Shown: positions 46,149 through 57,245 of the stretch, one piece after another
How positions within the stretch are numbered: position 1 is the first letter of the stretch
How the letters are laid out: each line of letters opens with the position of its first letter
Source: an uncultured virus (IMG/VR IMGVR_UViG_3300035698_004319)
Taxonomy: Duplodnaviria; Heunggongvirae; Uroviricota; Caudoviricetes
Direction: 5' to 3' (one strand)
IMG/VR virus record: IMGVR_UViG_3300035698_004319
Length of the DNA: 64,000 bases
Position numbers and translations under genes: made by a program
Notes under the pieces: generated by a model
Seen by the model: only the letters and a program-made list of their open reading frames with translations
Database searches by the model: none
Told to the model about the DNA's origin: nothing

Positions 46149-47615
46149 ATGCCAGCAATAATAACAAACAAATTCAGAATTCACAACGCAGAGCAATTTG
46201 TGGAATCATTTTCAGAAGCAACACCAAATGTTTATTATTTGAGTATTGGAAGACCTCAAGCTTATACAACATCAACTAGAGGTGACGCTAGAACAGAAAA
46301 TGAAGGTTCAGATACATCACCAATAACTCCTGTTGATTCGATTAAAGATGAATTTTATACATTTGACGATCTTTTAGCAGCTAAAAAAATAGCTTCTTCT
46401 GATGTTTCTTATGTTATTCCAAGAAGAAATTGGACAACAGGTACAGTTTATGATTATTACAGACACGATTACGGAAACAGAATTACCGGAACAACTAGCG
46501 TACAAACCGCTAATAGTGGTGCAGTGTCAATTTGGGACGCAACTTTTTATGTTGTAACCGGCGACTATAATGTATATAAGTGTTTAGATAATAATAGTAA
46601 CGCTAATTCTACAGTTGAACCTACCGGAACATCAACATCTATTCTTTCTACAGCAGATGGTTATAAGTGGAAATATATGTACACCTTATCTGCTTCTCAA
46701 CAAGTAAATTTTCTTTCAACAGATTTTATGGCTGTTGCAACAAACGGTACAGTATCTTCAGCTGCTGTTAATGGTGCAATTAGTATTGTAAAAATTAAAG
46801 CTGCAGGCTCGGGCGGCGCAAACGGAACACATACAGGCGTAGCAATCAAAGGAGATGGTTCTTCGGGTGTAGCTACAGTAACAGTATCGGGTGGAGTAGT
46901 GACAGCTGTAACAGTAACCAACGTAGGTTTAGGTTATACTTTTGCTTACATTAGAAACCAAGATATAGTATCTGCTGGTGCAACATCTTTAACAGGTGCG
47001 GAATTAGATTGTATTATCGAACCAAAAGGCGGACACGGATTTAACGCAGTTGGTGAATTAGGTGGATATTATGTAATGTTAAACACAAACTTTGAAGGAA
47101 CAGAAAATTCAAACAGTGGTGATTTTACAGTTGTAAACGATTTTAGAAAACTTACTTTAATGCGAGATCCTTTATCTGGAGGTTCAGCCGCTACAGCAAA
47201 TACATTAAGAGGAACAAAAGCAGTTAGATTTGCGGCTTCACCAGCTCCAGGAACATTTAGTGCTGACGAAGAAATTAATCAAGCCACTACAGGTGCTGTA
47301 GGTAAAGTTGTAGAATGGGATGCAACCAATAGAATTTTATACTACATACAAACAAGATTTAATGATGAAGGTATTGATGTTAACGGAAATCAAACAGCCT
47401 TTTCCGGAACAAATGTTATCACTGGACAAACTTCAGGTGCAACAGGAACTCCTACAGGAACAAGTGAAACAGTTAATAATGTTGTATTGACTTCAGGTTA
47501 TTCAAGTCCAGAAGTTGACGCTGATACTGGAGATGTTATTTACGTTGAACAAAGAGCTCCAATATCAAGAGCTTCAGATCAAACTGAAAATATTAAGCTA
47601 ATAGTTGAATTTTAA
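46149..47615 (+). CDS. gp8: Baseplate wedge subunit
   Basis: MPAIIT.KFR..NA, Y..IGR, PRRNW..G..Y, VYKCL.N, DGY.WKY.Y, R...Q.E.IK...EF. Confidence 0.85.
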   Translation: MPAIITNKFRIHNAEQFVESFSEATPNVYYLSIGRPQAYTTSTRGDARTENEGSDTSPITPVDSIKDEFYTFDDLLAAKKIASSDVSYVIPRRNWTTGTVYDYYRHDYGNRITGTTSVQTANSGAVSIWDATFYVVTGDYNVYKCLDNNSNANSTVEPTGTSTSILSTADGYKWKYMYTLSASQQVNFLSTDFMAVATNGTVSSAAVNGAISIVKIKAAGSGGANGTHTGVAIKGDGSSGVATVTVSGGVVTAVTVTNVGLGYTFAYIRNQDIVSAGATSLTGAELDCIIEPKGGHGFNAVGELGGYYVMLNTNFEGTENSNSGDFTVVNDFRKLTLMRDPLSGGSAATANTLRGTKAVRFAASPAPGTFSADEEINQATTGAVGKVVEWDATNRILYYIQTRFNDEGIDVNGNQTAFSGTNVITGQTSGATGTPTGTSETVNNVVLTSGYSSPEVDADTGDVIYVEQRAPISRASDQTENIKLIVEF

Positions 47616-47625
47616 AGGAAGATAA

Positions 47626-50600
47626 ATGCCAAGTCCAACAGACTTTAATCTTTCGCCTTACTATGATGACTATGCTGATTCAAAAAAGTTCCATCGAGTT
47701 CTTTACAGACCAGCATTTGCAGTACAGGCTAGAGAATTAACACAATCACAAACAATCTTACAAAATCAGATTGAAAGAATATCGGATCATCTTTTTGAAA
47801 AAGGTGCAATGATTATTCCAGGTGAAATTGGATTTGATTTAAATTACTATGCTGTAAAGTTAACATCTAAATCGGCTTCGAGTGTAACTAACTATGTTGG
47901 CACGATACTTACTGGCGGATCATCCGGAGTAACAGCAACTTGTATTAATGCAGTTGCTACAAACGGTACAGATCCGGATACCCTTTACGTTAAATATACA
48001 AATTCAGGAACAAACAATATATCTACATCATTCACTGATGGAGAAACAATCACATCAAGCGGTGTTGGAAGTCCAACAGCAGTTGTAAATACAACAGCAA
48101 TAGGTTCAGCAGCCAACATTGAATCTGGTGTATATTACATAAACGGATTTCACGTACAAGTATCTCAACAAACATTAATACTTGACAAATATTCAAACAC
48201 TCCTTCTTATAGAGTTGGTGTTACTGTTACAGAATCATTTGTAACTCCTAGTGATGACACTTCTTTAAATGATAATGCAGCTGGTTCTTCAAATACAAAT
48301 GCCCCAGGTGCTCACAGATTTAAAATTGATTTAACATTAAGTAAACAAACATTAACATCTACAGAAGACGCAAATTTCATTGAATTATTAAGATTATCAA
48401 ATGGTATTAGACAAAATCAGGTCCGTTCTACAGAATATGCGGTACTAGAAGATACTTTTGCTCGTAGAACATTTGACGAGTCTGGCGATTATACTGTTAG
48501 AGATTTTGATTTAGATATGAGAGAACATTTAATTTCAGGCAATAATAGAGGTGTCTATACTTCAGGTAATGGCGGTCTTGAATCAAAATTGTCTGCTGGA
48601 TTATCTCCAGGAAAAGCATATGTTAAAGGTTTTGAAATTGAAACATTAGGTACTTCTTATGTTGATATTGATAAAGCTAGAGATGTTGAAACACAAAATA
48701 ATTTAAATACAAGATTTGATTTAGAAAACTATGTGAATGTAAATAATATTTTTGGATCACCAGATATTGGATTTGTTACAGGTGATGTTGAAGCATTTAA
48801 GATTGTAAATCTATTTGATAGTTTTACATCTAGTAGAGGTACTCAACTATCTACATCAGGGGCTACAGTGCCTCAAATTGGTCAGGCTAAATCAAAAGGG
48901 TTTGAGTTAAATTCTGGAACAGCAAGCTCATTTAGATTTTCAAGTGGATCATTAACTAGTGCAGTTTACAAACATTTCTTGTTTGACATTAATATGTTCA
49001 CTCACTTGAACACTATAACAGATCAAAGTTTTTCAACTGGAGAAAAAATAACAGGCTCAACTTCAGGGGCTACAGGATATGTACAATCTATTTCAGTAGT
49101 TAAATCAGCAGCGGTTACAAATATTACTAATGCTGATAATCCAGGTATTACTCCTTCTGTTATCACGTCATCAACTCACGGTTTTAAAGAAGGTATGCAA
49201 ATTACTTTTGAAAATGCAGGATTCAATGTAGATTCAACAGCTATTACAAACGCAACTTTATTTACAGTTAAAAATCCTGATACTAATACTTTTGAATTAT
49301 ATGATTCAACTGGAGAAAATGCAGTAAATGTAACAGCTTATAGTTCTGGCGGAATAGCAAGACACGGTGTTGTAGTATTATCGAATGTAAGTGGCGTGTT
49401 TTCAGCTGGAGAAACTATTACAGGTGGAACTTCAAGCAATACTTCTTCAATACAATCAGACATTTTAGGATTTAAAGGTGTACGATCATTTGACTTTCCT
49501 TCTGTTAAACAACTTGGTATGGCAGGAAGTCCTACATACACTTCAGATGTTACAGTTGATTCTACTTATGGCGAAACATATCCAGTATTTGGTACATTAT
49601 CGATTGAAAACAGTTCAGCAGTTATAACTGGATACGGAACATTATTCACTAGTGAATTAAAAATTGGCGATCAAATTACATTTACAACTGACGCTGGAAC
49701 ACTTTTAACTAAAACTGTAAAATCTATTTCATCAAATACAAGTTTAGAATTAACAGTAGCTGTAGGCGTATCAGATGTATCTACTAAAACAGTTGCAACA
49801 AGACATAGATCAAAATTACAAGGTTCAAATAAAAATATTTCACTATTTCAATTACCTTACGAAAGAGTTAAAACATTAAAAACAACTTCAAATTCAGGAT
49901 TAAGTGATACAAACTTTAAAGTAAGAAGACATTTTACAGCAACACTATCTTCCGGTAGTGCAACTATCACAGCTGGTACAAACGAAACATTTGTATCACT
50001 CACTGAAAAAGATTATTCAGTTTCAATAATGACATCAAGTGGTTCAGCTGTTGCTGGAGATGTAATGAGTTTAACAGGAAATAATGGAGATAGCACTGCA
50101 ATATTTACACTAGGTGGTTCTCCAACAGGAAAAACTTTAACTATAAATTTTGGTTCAGCATTATCTAGTGCTAAAGTTAAAATATTAGCAACAGTTAGTA
50201 GATCAGTTGCAAACTCAAAAACAAAAACATTAAATTCTGGTTCAACAGTAGCTATTTCTTTACAAAGTATAATTGAAAGTGGAACAATTGGATTATCTAA
50301 AGCTGATGTTTATAAAATAAACAATGTTTATATGGCTGCAGATTTTAGTACAGTTGCTACAGCAAGTGATACTAACGTTACTAGTAGATTTGAATTAGAT
50401 ACAGGACAAAGAGATAACTTCTATGACATTGGAAGATTAAAATTAAAAACAGGAGAAATTACTCCAACAGGTAGACTATTAGTTAACTTTGATTATTTCT
50501 CACACGGAGCTGGAGATTATTTTGATGTTGATTCATATTCAGGAGTTATTGATTACTCATTAATTCCATCATATTCTTCTGATACAAATGGTGTAAAATT

Positions 50601-53600
50601 CGAATTAAGAGATTGTTTAGATTTCAGACCAAGAGTTGCAGATAATTCTACAATTAATTCTGGTAGCCAAGATAGAAATTATAGTGGCACAGGAACTTCT
50701 ACAATCGATATAGTGGAATTTAATTCAGATGTTTCAACAGATTTTGAATATTACTTACCTAGAGTTGATAAAATATTTTTAGATAAAGATGGCAATTTTA
50801 AAGTTGTTAAAGGAGCTAGTTCATTAAGACCTGAATTTCCAAGAGGTTTAGATAATGCAATGCACCTATACACAATATTGTTAAACGCATATACTTTAAA
50901 TGAAAAGGATATGAGATTTGAAAGACAAGACAATAAACGATATACAATGAGAGATATCGGTAAATTGGAAAAAAGAATTGACAATGTGGAATACTACACT
51001 CAACTATCTTTATTAGAATCAAATGCTCAATCATTACAAATACAAGACGCTGAAGGTTTTGACAGATTTAAAAACGGATTTATTGTAGATAACTTTACAG
51101 GTCACGGAATTGGTGATGTTGGAAATTTAGATTACAAAGTATCAATGGATATGGCCAATGGTTTAATGAGACCAATGTTTAATGAAGAATCAATACAACT
51201 AATTGAATCGGATGATGATGGAACATCAATTGTAGCCGCTGATAGAACAGCAGCTAACTATGCGAAAACAGGCGATCTTATAACTTTACCATATACAGAA
51301 TTTACAATGATAGATCAACCTTATGCTAGCAGATACACAAATGTAAATCCTTTTAACATATTTACTTGGTCTGGTTCTGTAGCTCTTAATCCACCAGGAG
51401 ATGAATGGAAAGAAACAAATAGAGTTCCAGATTTGATAATTAACCAACAAGGTTCTTTTGATACTTTAGTTGCTAGTTTAGGAAATCCGAATTTACAAAG
51501 TGTTGAAATAGGCACTGTATGGAATGAATGGCAAGATTTTTGGATGGGTACTCCTGTTGAAACAACAACAACAAGTGGTACTTACACTGGATCAAATAAT
51601 GTAGCTGCTAGAGGTAGAGGTGCAGGTGGCTGGAGAGTAACAGCAAGAGATGTTGTGACTACTAGTACAGCACAAGTTAACCAAACAAGAACAGGTATTA
51701 GGTCATCTATTGTTCCTAACGTTGTTAGAACATCACTAGGTGACAAAATTGTAAATGTGGCATTTGTTCCATTTATTAGAAGCAGAACAGTTAATTTTAC
51801 CGGCACAAGATTAAAACCTAACACAAGAGTTTATGCTTATTTTGATAATATTGCAGTAAGCAGTTATATAACTCCTACTGGAGGTTCATTAGGAGGAAAT
51901 TTAGTTACAGACGCCAACGGAGCTATTTCAGGAACTTTTGCAATTCCTGATTCTACTGTTGATACAAATCCTAGATGGAGAACAGGAACTAGAGTATTCA
52001 GATTAACAAGTGCAGTATCAAATGCTATGACCGAGGTTGAAACTGCTGGAGAAGCAGATTACATAGCTAAAGGTACTTTAGAGAGTGTACAAAATACAAT
52101 AGTTTCAACAAGAGAAGCTATTACAAGCAGACAAACAGTTACAGATACAAGATCAATCACTAGATCAAATACTAGAACATCACAAGAAGTTATAGAATGG
52201 ATTGATCCTATTGCACAAACATTTTTAGTAGATGACACTGGCGGAGTTTTTGTTACATCAATAGATTGTTATTTCCAATCAAAAGATGATAATATTCCTA
52301 TCAGTTTACAAATTAGAGAAGTTGTAAATGGTTATCCTTCTCGTACAATTGCTCCTTTTGGTGAAGTTGTATTAAATCCAAGTTCGGTTAATGTAAGTGA
52401 AGACGCAACAACAGCTACAACATTTACTTTTCCTAGTCCTGTTTATTTGCAAGAAAAAACAGAATATTGTTTCTGTCTATTAGCTAATTCAAATAACTAT
52501 AATGCTTGGGTGGCTGGAATTGGAGAAACACAAGTTGGTTCTGATAGAACAATATCTACAAATCCATATGCTGGAGTATTCTTTAAATCACAAAATGGTT
52601 CAACTTGGACTGCTGATCAAACAACTGATATTAAATTTAAAATTAAAAGAGCTGAGTTTGAAAATGTTACAGGTACAGTAACTTTATGTAATGAAGCTTT
52701 AGGCACATATACATTACCAGCAAATTCTTTAAGAACAACAAATGGTTCAAAACTAATTAGAGTGTTCCATAAAAATCACGGAATGCACGGCACCTCAAAT
52801 AATGTTACTATCGCAGGTGTACTTTCAGGAACATATAATGGTATTGCTCATAGTGATATTAACGGAACATACACATCTATTTCAAACATAACTTTAGATA
52901 GTTATAACATAACCTCTCCTAGTTCTGGCAATGCAACCGCAACAGGAAACATTGGCGGAGAAGGTGTTACAGCAACCTATAACAGATTATTTGATGTAGC
53001 AAATTTAAATATATCTAGTATGACTGTTCCAGGAGCAACAGCAAATTATAATATAAGAACAACAACTGGTAAATCAATTCACGGATCAGAAGCTGAATTT
53101 AGTTTATTAGGTTCTAGTAGTTCTATTAGTGTAACGCCTGGAGGAAATATTTACTTTACTGCTCCTCAAATGGTATCTAGTGGTATCAATGAAACAAATG
53201 AAATGTCAGGAAGCAAATCTTTATTCTTAAATATATCTTTAAGTACAACAAATACAAAAGTTTCTCCAGTTATTGATGTTCAAAGATTGAGTATGGTAGC
53301 TATTCAAAATAAATTAAATAATCCAACGGTCGGAAATACTCCTGATTTTGTTGAGGATACAGAGAATACAGGAACATCATCAGCTGCTGTTTATCTAACA
53401 AGACCTGTTACACTTGAAAACGAATCAACAGCATTAGATGTAAGATTAACTCAAAATATTCGTTCAACCTCTACTGTTAGAGTTTACTATAGAGTAACTG
53501 GTGCTGAAGAAGTTAGAGATATAAAAGATTTAGCTTGGATTCCATTTAATACTAATGGTGAAGAAAATTCAGCTGTAATTCCTGCTGAAGATGACGCAAC

Positions 53601-53736
53601 ATTTAGTGAATACAAATATTCAGCTGAATCGATTAACACATTCACAGCTTTTCAAATTAAAATTGTAATGAAAGGTACCAATTCAGCGTACCCTCCGATT
53701 ATTAGAGATTTACGAGGAATTGCATTGGCACTATAA
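47626..53736 (+). CDS. Large virion structural protein (DUF4815/VrlC-like)
   Basis: PYYDD....K.F..VL.RP...VQARELTQ.Q, ARRT.DESG.Y, RYTMRDIG.LE.RI, DRFKNGF.VD.F, DP.AQ.F. Confidence 0.85.
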   Translation: MPSPTDFNLSPYYDDYADSKKFHRVLYRPAFAVQARELTQSQTILQNQIERISDHLFEKGAMIIPGEIGFDLNYYAVKLTSKSASSVTNYVGTILTGGSSGVTATCINAVATNGTDPDTLYVKYTNSGTNNISTSFTDGETITSSGVGSPTAVVNTTAIGSAANIESGVYYINGFHVQVSQQTLILDKYSNTPSYRVGVTVTESFVTPSDDTSLNDNAAGSSNTNAPGAHRFKIDLTLSKQTLTSTEDANFIELLRLSNGIRQNQVRSTEYAVLEDTFARRTFDESGDYTVRDFDLDMREHLISGNNRGVYTSGNGGLESKLSAGLSPGKAYVKGFEIETLGTSYVDIDKARDVETQNNLNTRFDLENYVNVNNIFGSPDIGFVTGDVEAFKIVNLFDSFTSSRGTQLSTSGATVPQIGQAKSKGFELNSGTASSFRFSSGSLTSAVYKHFLFDINMFTHLNTITDQSFSTGEKITGSTSGATGYVQSISVVKSAAVTNITNADNPGITPSVITSSTHGFKEGMQITFENAGFNVDSTAITNATLFTVKNPDTNTFELYDSTGENAVNVTAYSSGGIARHGVVVLSNVSGVFSAGETITGGTSSNTSSIQSDILGFKGVRSFDFPSVKQLGMAGSPTYTSDVTVDSTYGETYPVFGTLSIENSSAVITGYGTLFTSELKIGDQITFTTDAGTLLTKTVKSISSNTSLELTVAVGVSDVSTKTVATRHRSKLQGSNKNISLFQLPYERVKTLKTTSNSGLSDTNFKVRRHFTATLSSGSATITAGTNETFVSLTEKDYSVSIMTSSGSAVAGDVMSLTGNNGDSTAIFTLGGSPTGKTLTINFGSALSSAKVKILATVSRSVANSKTKTLNSGSTVAISLQSIIESGTIGLSKADVYKINNVYMAADFSTVATASDTNVTSRFELDTGQRDNFYDIGRLKLKTGEITPTGRLLVNFDYFSHGAGDYFDVDSYSGVIDYSLIPSYSSDTNGVKFELRDCLDFRPRVADNSTINSGSQDRNYSGTGTSTIDIVEFNSDVSTDFEYYLPRVDKIFLDKDGNFKVVKGASSLRPEFPRGLDNAMHLYTILLNAYTLNEKDMRFERQDNKRYTMRDIGKLEKRIDNVEYYTQLSLLESNAQSLQIQDAEGFDRFKNGFIVDNFTGHGIGDVGNLDYKVSMDMANGLMRPMFNEESIQLIESDDDGTSIVAADRTAANYAKTGDLITLPYTEFTMIDQPYASRYTNVNPFNIFTWSGSVALNPPGDEWKETNRVPDLIINQQGSFDTLVASLGNPNLQSVEIGTVWNEWQDFWMGTPVETTTTSGTYTGSNNVAARGRGAGGWRVTARDVVTTSTAQVNQTRTGIRSSIVPNVVRTSLGDKIVNVAFVPFIRSRTVNFTGTRLKPNTRVYAYFDNIAVSSYITPTGGSLGGNLVTDANGAISGTFAIPDSTVDTNPRWRTGTRVFRLTSAVSNAMTEVETAGEADYIAKGTLESVQNTIVSTREAITSRQTVTDTRSITRSNTRTSQEVIEWIDPIAQTFLVDDTGGVFVTSIDCYFQSKDDNIPISLQIREVVNGYPSRTIAPFGEVVLNPSSVNVSEDATTATTFTFPSPVYLQEKTEYCFCLLANSNNYNAWVAGIGETQVGSDRTISTNPYAGVFFKSQNGSTWTADQTTDIKFKIKRAEFENVTGTVTLCNEALGTYTLPANSLRTTNGSKLIRVFHKNHGMHGTSNNVTIAGVLSGTYNGIAHSDINGTYTSISNITLDSYNITSPSSGNATATGNIGGEGVTATYNRLFDVANLNISSMTVPGATANYNIRTTTGKSIHGSEAEFSLLGSSSSISVTPGGNIYFTAPQMVSSGINETNEMSGSKSLFLNISLSTTNTKVSPVIDVQRLSMVAIQNKLNNPTVGNTPDFVEDTENTGTSSAAVYLTRPVTLENESTALDVRLTQNIRSTSTVRVYYRVTGAEEVRDIKDLAWIPFNTNGEENSAVIPAEDDATFSEYKYSAESINTFTAFQIKIVMKGTNSAYPPIIRDLRGIALAL

Positions 53737-53740
53737 AATT

Positions 53741-53974
53741 ATGGCAATAGATAGATTAAAAGTTGAAGGTTTTGCATTTTTAGAAAGAGATAAAGAATCT
53801 AAGGCTATTGTGAACACTAATTCTACAGAATATTCTTTTTATATGAATAGAGTTAGAAGTAGAGAACAACAAGGTGATCAAATTAGAAATACGATTAAAG
53901 AGATAAATAATTTAAAATCTGAATTAAGAGAAATAAAAAATTTACTAAAAAAGGTAGTTAACAATGGCAATTAG
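53741..53974 (+). CDS. Small coiled-coil virion-associated protein
   Basis: KVEG...L.RD..S.AIVN...EI..LK.E..EIK.LL; typical after DUF4815. Confidence 0.65.
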   Translation: MAIDRLKVEGFAFLERDKESKAIVNTNSTEYSFYMNRVRSREQQGDQIRNTIKEINNLKSELREIKNLLKKVVNNGN

Positions 53975-54479
53975 ATCAGTAACAACCACAGATACTTTAG
54001 GAACGTTTAGAACAACGTTTAATACTCTATCAACTGATTTAGGAGACCTACAAGATTTAAATACAAGTAATAAATCTAGTGTTGTTGCTTCTATTAATGA
54101 AGCTATAACACAAACAAGTTCTTTCTTTTTAAGAGATTCAAGTTCTTCTATACAAGAGGTATCTTCTGGAGATACTGTAAATATAGTAGGTGATAGTAAC
54201 ATCACAACAACAATCAGTGCAACTGATACTATAGAAGTTGCGTTATCATCAACGGTGACTGGATTGACAAGCATTTCAGCAACAACAGTTACAGATGGTA
54301 CAGCGAGTTTAAATTCTGGCTCACTAAGCAGTATAGTAAATATAGGAGGAACTGGTAATATTACAGGTTTTTCTCAAATTTCAGGAACAACTATAAATGG
54401 AACAACGGATGTTCAAGTAAATAGTGTGTCTGTAGCAACAAAACCTTTTGCCATAGCTCAGGCTATAGCCCTAGGATAA
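53964..54479 (+). CDS. Fibre/fibritin-like structural protein
   Basis: V..TDT...FR...N N-terminus; C-terminal FAIAQAIALG. Confidence 0.6.
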   Translation: MAIRSVTTTDTLGTFRTTFNTLSTDLGDLQDLNTSNKSSVVASINEAITQTSSFFLRDSSSSIQEVSSGDTVNIVGDSNITTTISATDTIEVALSSTVTGLTSISATTVTDGTASLNSGSLSSIVNIGGTGNITGFSQISGTTINGTTDVQVNSVSVATKPFAIAQAIALG

Positions 54480-54589
54480 GACGAGTAATTTTTATTATAA
54501 GTAAACTAATATATACTATTATTTTATATATTGTGAGATAAATACTCTTATAAATATAAGTAATATTATTAATTTTAAGGAATTAAAAA

Positions 54590-54958
54590 ATGGCAAACGA
54601 TTTTAAAAGATACGCAAAAGCTGACATTGGAACAGGTACAGGTGCTAGCGGAACAACTTTATATACTGTTCCTGCAGGAGCAGGATCTACTGCATTAGAG
54701 AGTATTATCATAGGAATTTCAATTTGTAATAAAACAAATGCTGTAAAAACAGTGGGTATTTTTTTAGACAATTATGATGGTTCAAATGACGCATACATTA
54801 TAAACACAATTTCAATACCTGCTTATTCACAAGTTGAAGTAATGACAGGAAACAAATTAGTTCTTCAAAATGACGGATCAACAGGCGATATACTTAAAGC
54901 GGAAGCTTCAAATGTTTCATCTATAGATGTTGTTGTTTCAGTATTAGAAGATGTGTAA
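54590..54958 (+). CDS. Virion structural protein (MAN.F type)
   Basis: Paralogous to 42605. Confidence 0.6.
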   Translation: MANDFKRYAKADIGTGTGASGTTLYTVPAGAGSTALESIIIGISICNKTNAVKTVGIFLDNYDGSNDAYIINTISIPAYSQVEVMTGNKLVLQNDGSTGDILKAEASNVSSIDVVVSVLEDV

Positions 54959-54985
54959 CATAGTAATTAGAATAAGGAATTAATA

Positions 54986-55240
54986 ATGGTTAGATATTTA
55001 ACGGATAGTAAAAAGCCAACGAGTGTTAATGTTAGGAGTTATTCTGGAGATGGTTCTACTTTGAATTTTGTTATCACTCAAACACAAACGGCAAATAAGG
55101 TTATTGTTACTCTAAACGGACTTGATCAATTGCCGGGCACAGATTATAGTGTACAAGTTGCTGGAGATACTACAACTGTATTATTTGCAACGGCTCCCAC
55201 ACCATCAGATTTAATTAAAATTATAGAATTAGCGGAGTAA
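54986..55240 (+). CDS. Stand-alone adaptor-domain structural protein
   Basis: GDGST..F...V.LNG..Q.P..DY......F..AP. Confidence 0.55.
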   Translation: MVRYLTDSKKPTSVNVRSYSGDGSTLNFVITQTQTANKVIVTLNGLDQLPGTDYSVQVAGDTTTVLFATAPTPSDLIKIIELAE

Positions 55241-55258
55241 TTAGGAGAATAAAATAAA

Positions 55259-56764
55259 ATGACAACTAAAATTACAACAGGAAATGCAAATTTTGGAGCA
55301 AGTACAGATGGTCTTGTCCTTCCTAAAGGCACAAATGCTCAAAGAGTAAACACGGCAGGAGCAGTAAGACTAAACACTACGGATGACAACTTTGAATATT
55401 TTGATGGATCTGCTTGGGTTGCATTAGAAGGTGTTCCTATAATTACCGGCATTACTCCTACTAACGTAAGAGAAATTGATAGTGCTTCTATAACAACTTT
55501 TATTATTACTGGTACAGGATTTAAAACAGGTGCAACTCTAGTATTGATAGGTTCTGATGCTGCTTCTATTTCTTTTGATTCTACTACAAGAAATTCATCG
55601 ATTCAGTATACAGCTGTGATGACAAACAATAAACTTACAACTCTTAATAAAGAACCTTATAGTGTTAAAATTACAAATCCTTCAGGAAATACTCACACAC
55701 TAGCCGATCAAGTTAATGTTAACAATTCACCTTATTTTACTCTAGCTTCAGGAGCAATAGGTAGCACTCAAAGATTTGGTCCTTTTTCAGAATATGTTAC
55801 TGCTATTGATCCAGAAAGTGCAGGAGTTAAATATTATATAGATTCGGGAGCTTTACCTTCCGGGTTTTCATTAAATGCTGATACAGGAGAAATTGCTAGT
55901 GCTTCGTGGACTCCTGAAAGTGAAACTACAGTTTACACTTTTGTGGTTAGAGCTGAAGATACGTCTAGCAACTATTCACTTAGAGGATATAATATTCCTT
56001 TATCGGGCCCGGTATCTCAATCATTTACTTCAAGTGGCACATTTAACGTACCAACAGGTGTAACGGCTGTTGAGGCTGTTGTTGTTGCTTCAGGCGGCGG
56101 CGGAGGTTCAGGTGGTGGTGGCGGAGGTGGAGCAGGTGGTTTAGTTTATCACGCTACATATCCAGTTACTCCAGGCGGAACTGTTTCAGTTACCGTGGGA
56201 GGTGCTGGAGGACAAAATGCTCAAGGAATTGCGTCAGCTTTTGGTAGTATATCTACAGTAGGTGGCGGTAGCGGCGGAACTGCTGGTCCAGAAGGCGGAC
56301 AAGGTACTGTTCGTACCGGAGGATCAGGCGGCGCTGGCGGCGGAGGTCAAGGCGGAGCTGCAGGAACACAAGGTCCTTCCGGTGGCGGAACAGGTTATGG
56401 AAATGCAGGAGCATCAGGTCCAGGACAAAGAGGTGGCGGAGGCGGTGGTGCCAGTGGAGCTGGAGCAAACCAAGTTGGCGGCCAAGGTTTGTCTTATACA
56501 ACTGCTGATGGATCAACTCCAGTTTATTATGCTGGCGGCGGTGGCGGCGGTGGCGGTTATAGTGGTGGCCAACCAGGCGGCCCAGGCGGTAGTGGCGGCG
56601 GTGGCAGCGGAACAGGCCCGTACTACGATTCAGCCTCTTCAGGCAACAACGGTTCAGCAAATCGTGGTGGCGGTGGTGGCGGAGGTGTTCGTGGAACATC
56701 AATGCAAGGTATGAATATACCTCCATCACAAGGTGGATCTGGTATTGTTATCGTAAGATACTAG
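55259..56764 (+). CDS. Glycine-rich fibre protein with Ig-like domains
   Basis: LP.G..AQR....G..R.NT....E; ITGTGF; GALPSG..LN..TG.I; poly-Gly region ending GGSGIVIVRY. Confidence 0.75.
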   Translation: MTTKITTGNANFGASTDGLVLPKGTNAQRVNTAGAVRLNTTDDNFEYFDGSAWVALEGVPIITGITPTNVREIDSASITTFIITGTGFKTGATLVLIGSDAASISFDSTTRNSSIQYTAVMTNNKLTTLNKEPYSVKITNPSGNTHTLADQVNVNNSPYFTLASGAIGSTQRFGPFSEYVTAIDPESAGVKYYIDSGALPSGFSLNADTGEIASASWTPESETTVYTFVVRAEDTSSNYSLRGYNIPLSGPVSQSFTSSGTFNVPTGVTAVEAVVVASGGGGGSGGGGGGGAGGLVYHATYPVTPGGTVSVTVGGAGGQNAQGIASAFGSISTVGGGSGGTAGPEGGQGTVRTGGSGGAGGGGQGGAAGTQGPSGGGTGYGNAGASGPGQRGGGGGGASGAGANQVGGQGLSYTTADGSTPVYYAGGGGGGGGYSGGQPGGPGGSGGGGSGTGPYYDSASSGNNGSANRGGGGGGGVRGTSMQGMNIPPSQGGSGIVIVRY

Positions 56765-56816
56765 TTTAAAACTTTTATATATACTATATCATTAATATAA
56801 ACAAAGTGAGGCAAAA

Positions 56817-57206
56817 GTGAGCGAAGAACAGAACAATTCCGAACCTAAATTGGAAAATTTATATAGTTATCATCCTGAGGATGTTACATATAGAGATAAA
56901 CTTGTAGTTAAAGAAGTAATCAAATTTTTAACAGAAAATCAAAACAAATCTTTTGATGATAATGAACAATCATTATTAGATATGTTTCATATTGAAAAAA
57001 CTCCCGAAAAAAGCGTTGAAGATTCTTTGTGGTATAAACTTACAAAGCACCAACCTTTAGGTATGTCCCCACAAGGACATAGAGTATATACCGAAAACGG
57101 TAAAAAGATTAGGGTACCTTACTTAGGATTTTCTGCTGATATTAATGTTTTAGATAAAATGTTACTGGAACTGTTAGAACAGTTAAAAGACAAAGCTTCT
57201 AAATAA
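56817..57206 (+). CDS. Hypothetical protein
   Basis: GAGG RBS before GTG. Confidence 0.55.
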   Translation: MSEEQNNSEPKLENLYSYHPEDVTYRDKLVVKEVIKFLTENQNKSFDDNEQSLLDMFHIEKTPEKSVEDSLWYKLTKHQPLGMSPQGHRVYTENGKKIRVPYLGFSADINVLDKMLLELLEQLKDKASK

Positions 57207-57208
57207 GA

Positions 57209-57237
57209 TTGCCTTTTAACCTAAAAAATGTTATAAT
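57209..57237 (+). promoter_or_regulatory. sigma70-type promoter inside the late region
   Basis: TTGCCT-17-TATAAT with extended -10 TG. Confidence 0.7.
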
Positions 57238-57245
57238 GTATAGTT

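Noticed and set aside
56040..56764. GC-rich stretch with alternative ORFs (56253 minus, 56262 plus) as a foreign element or overlapping genes
   Set aside because: Explained by poly-glycine codons of the fibre gene
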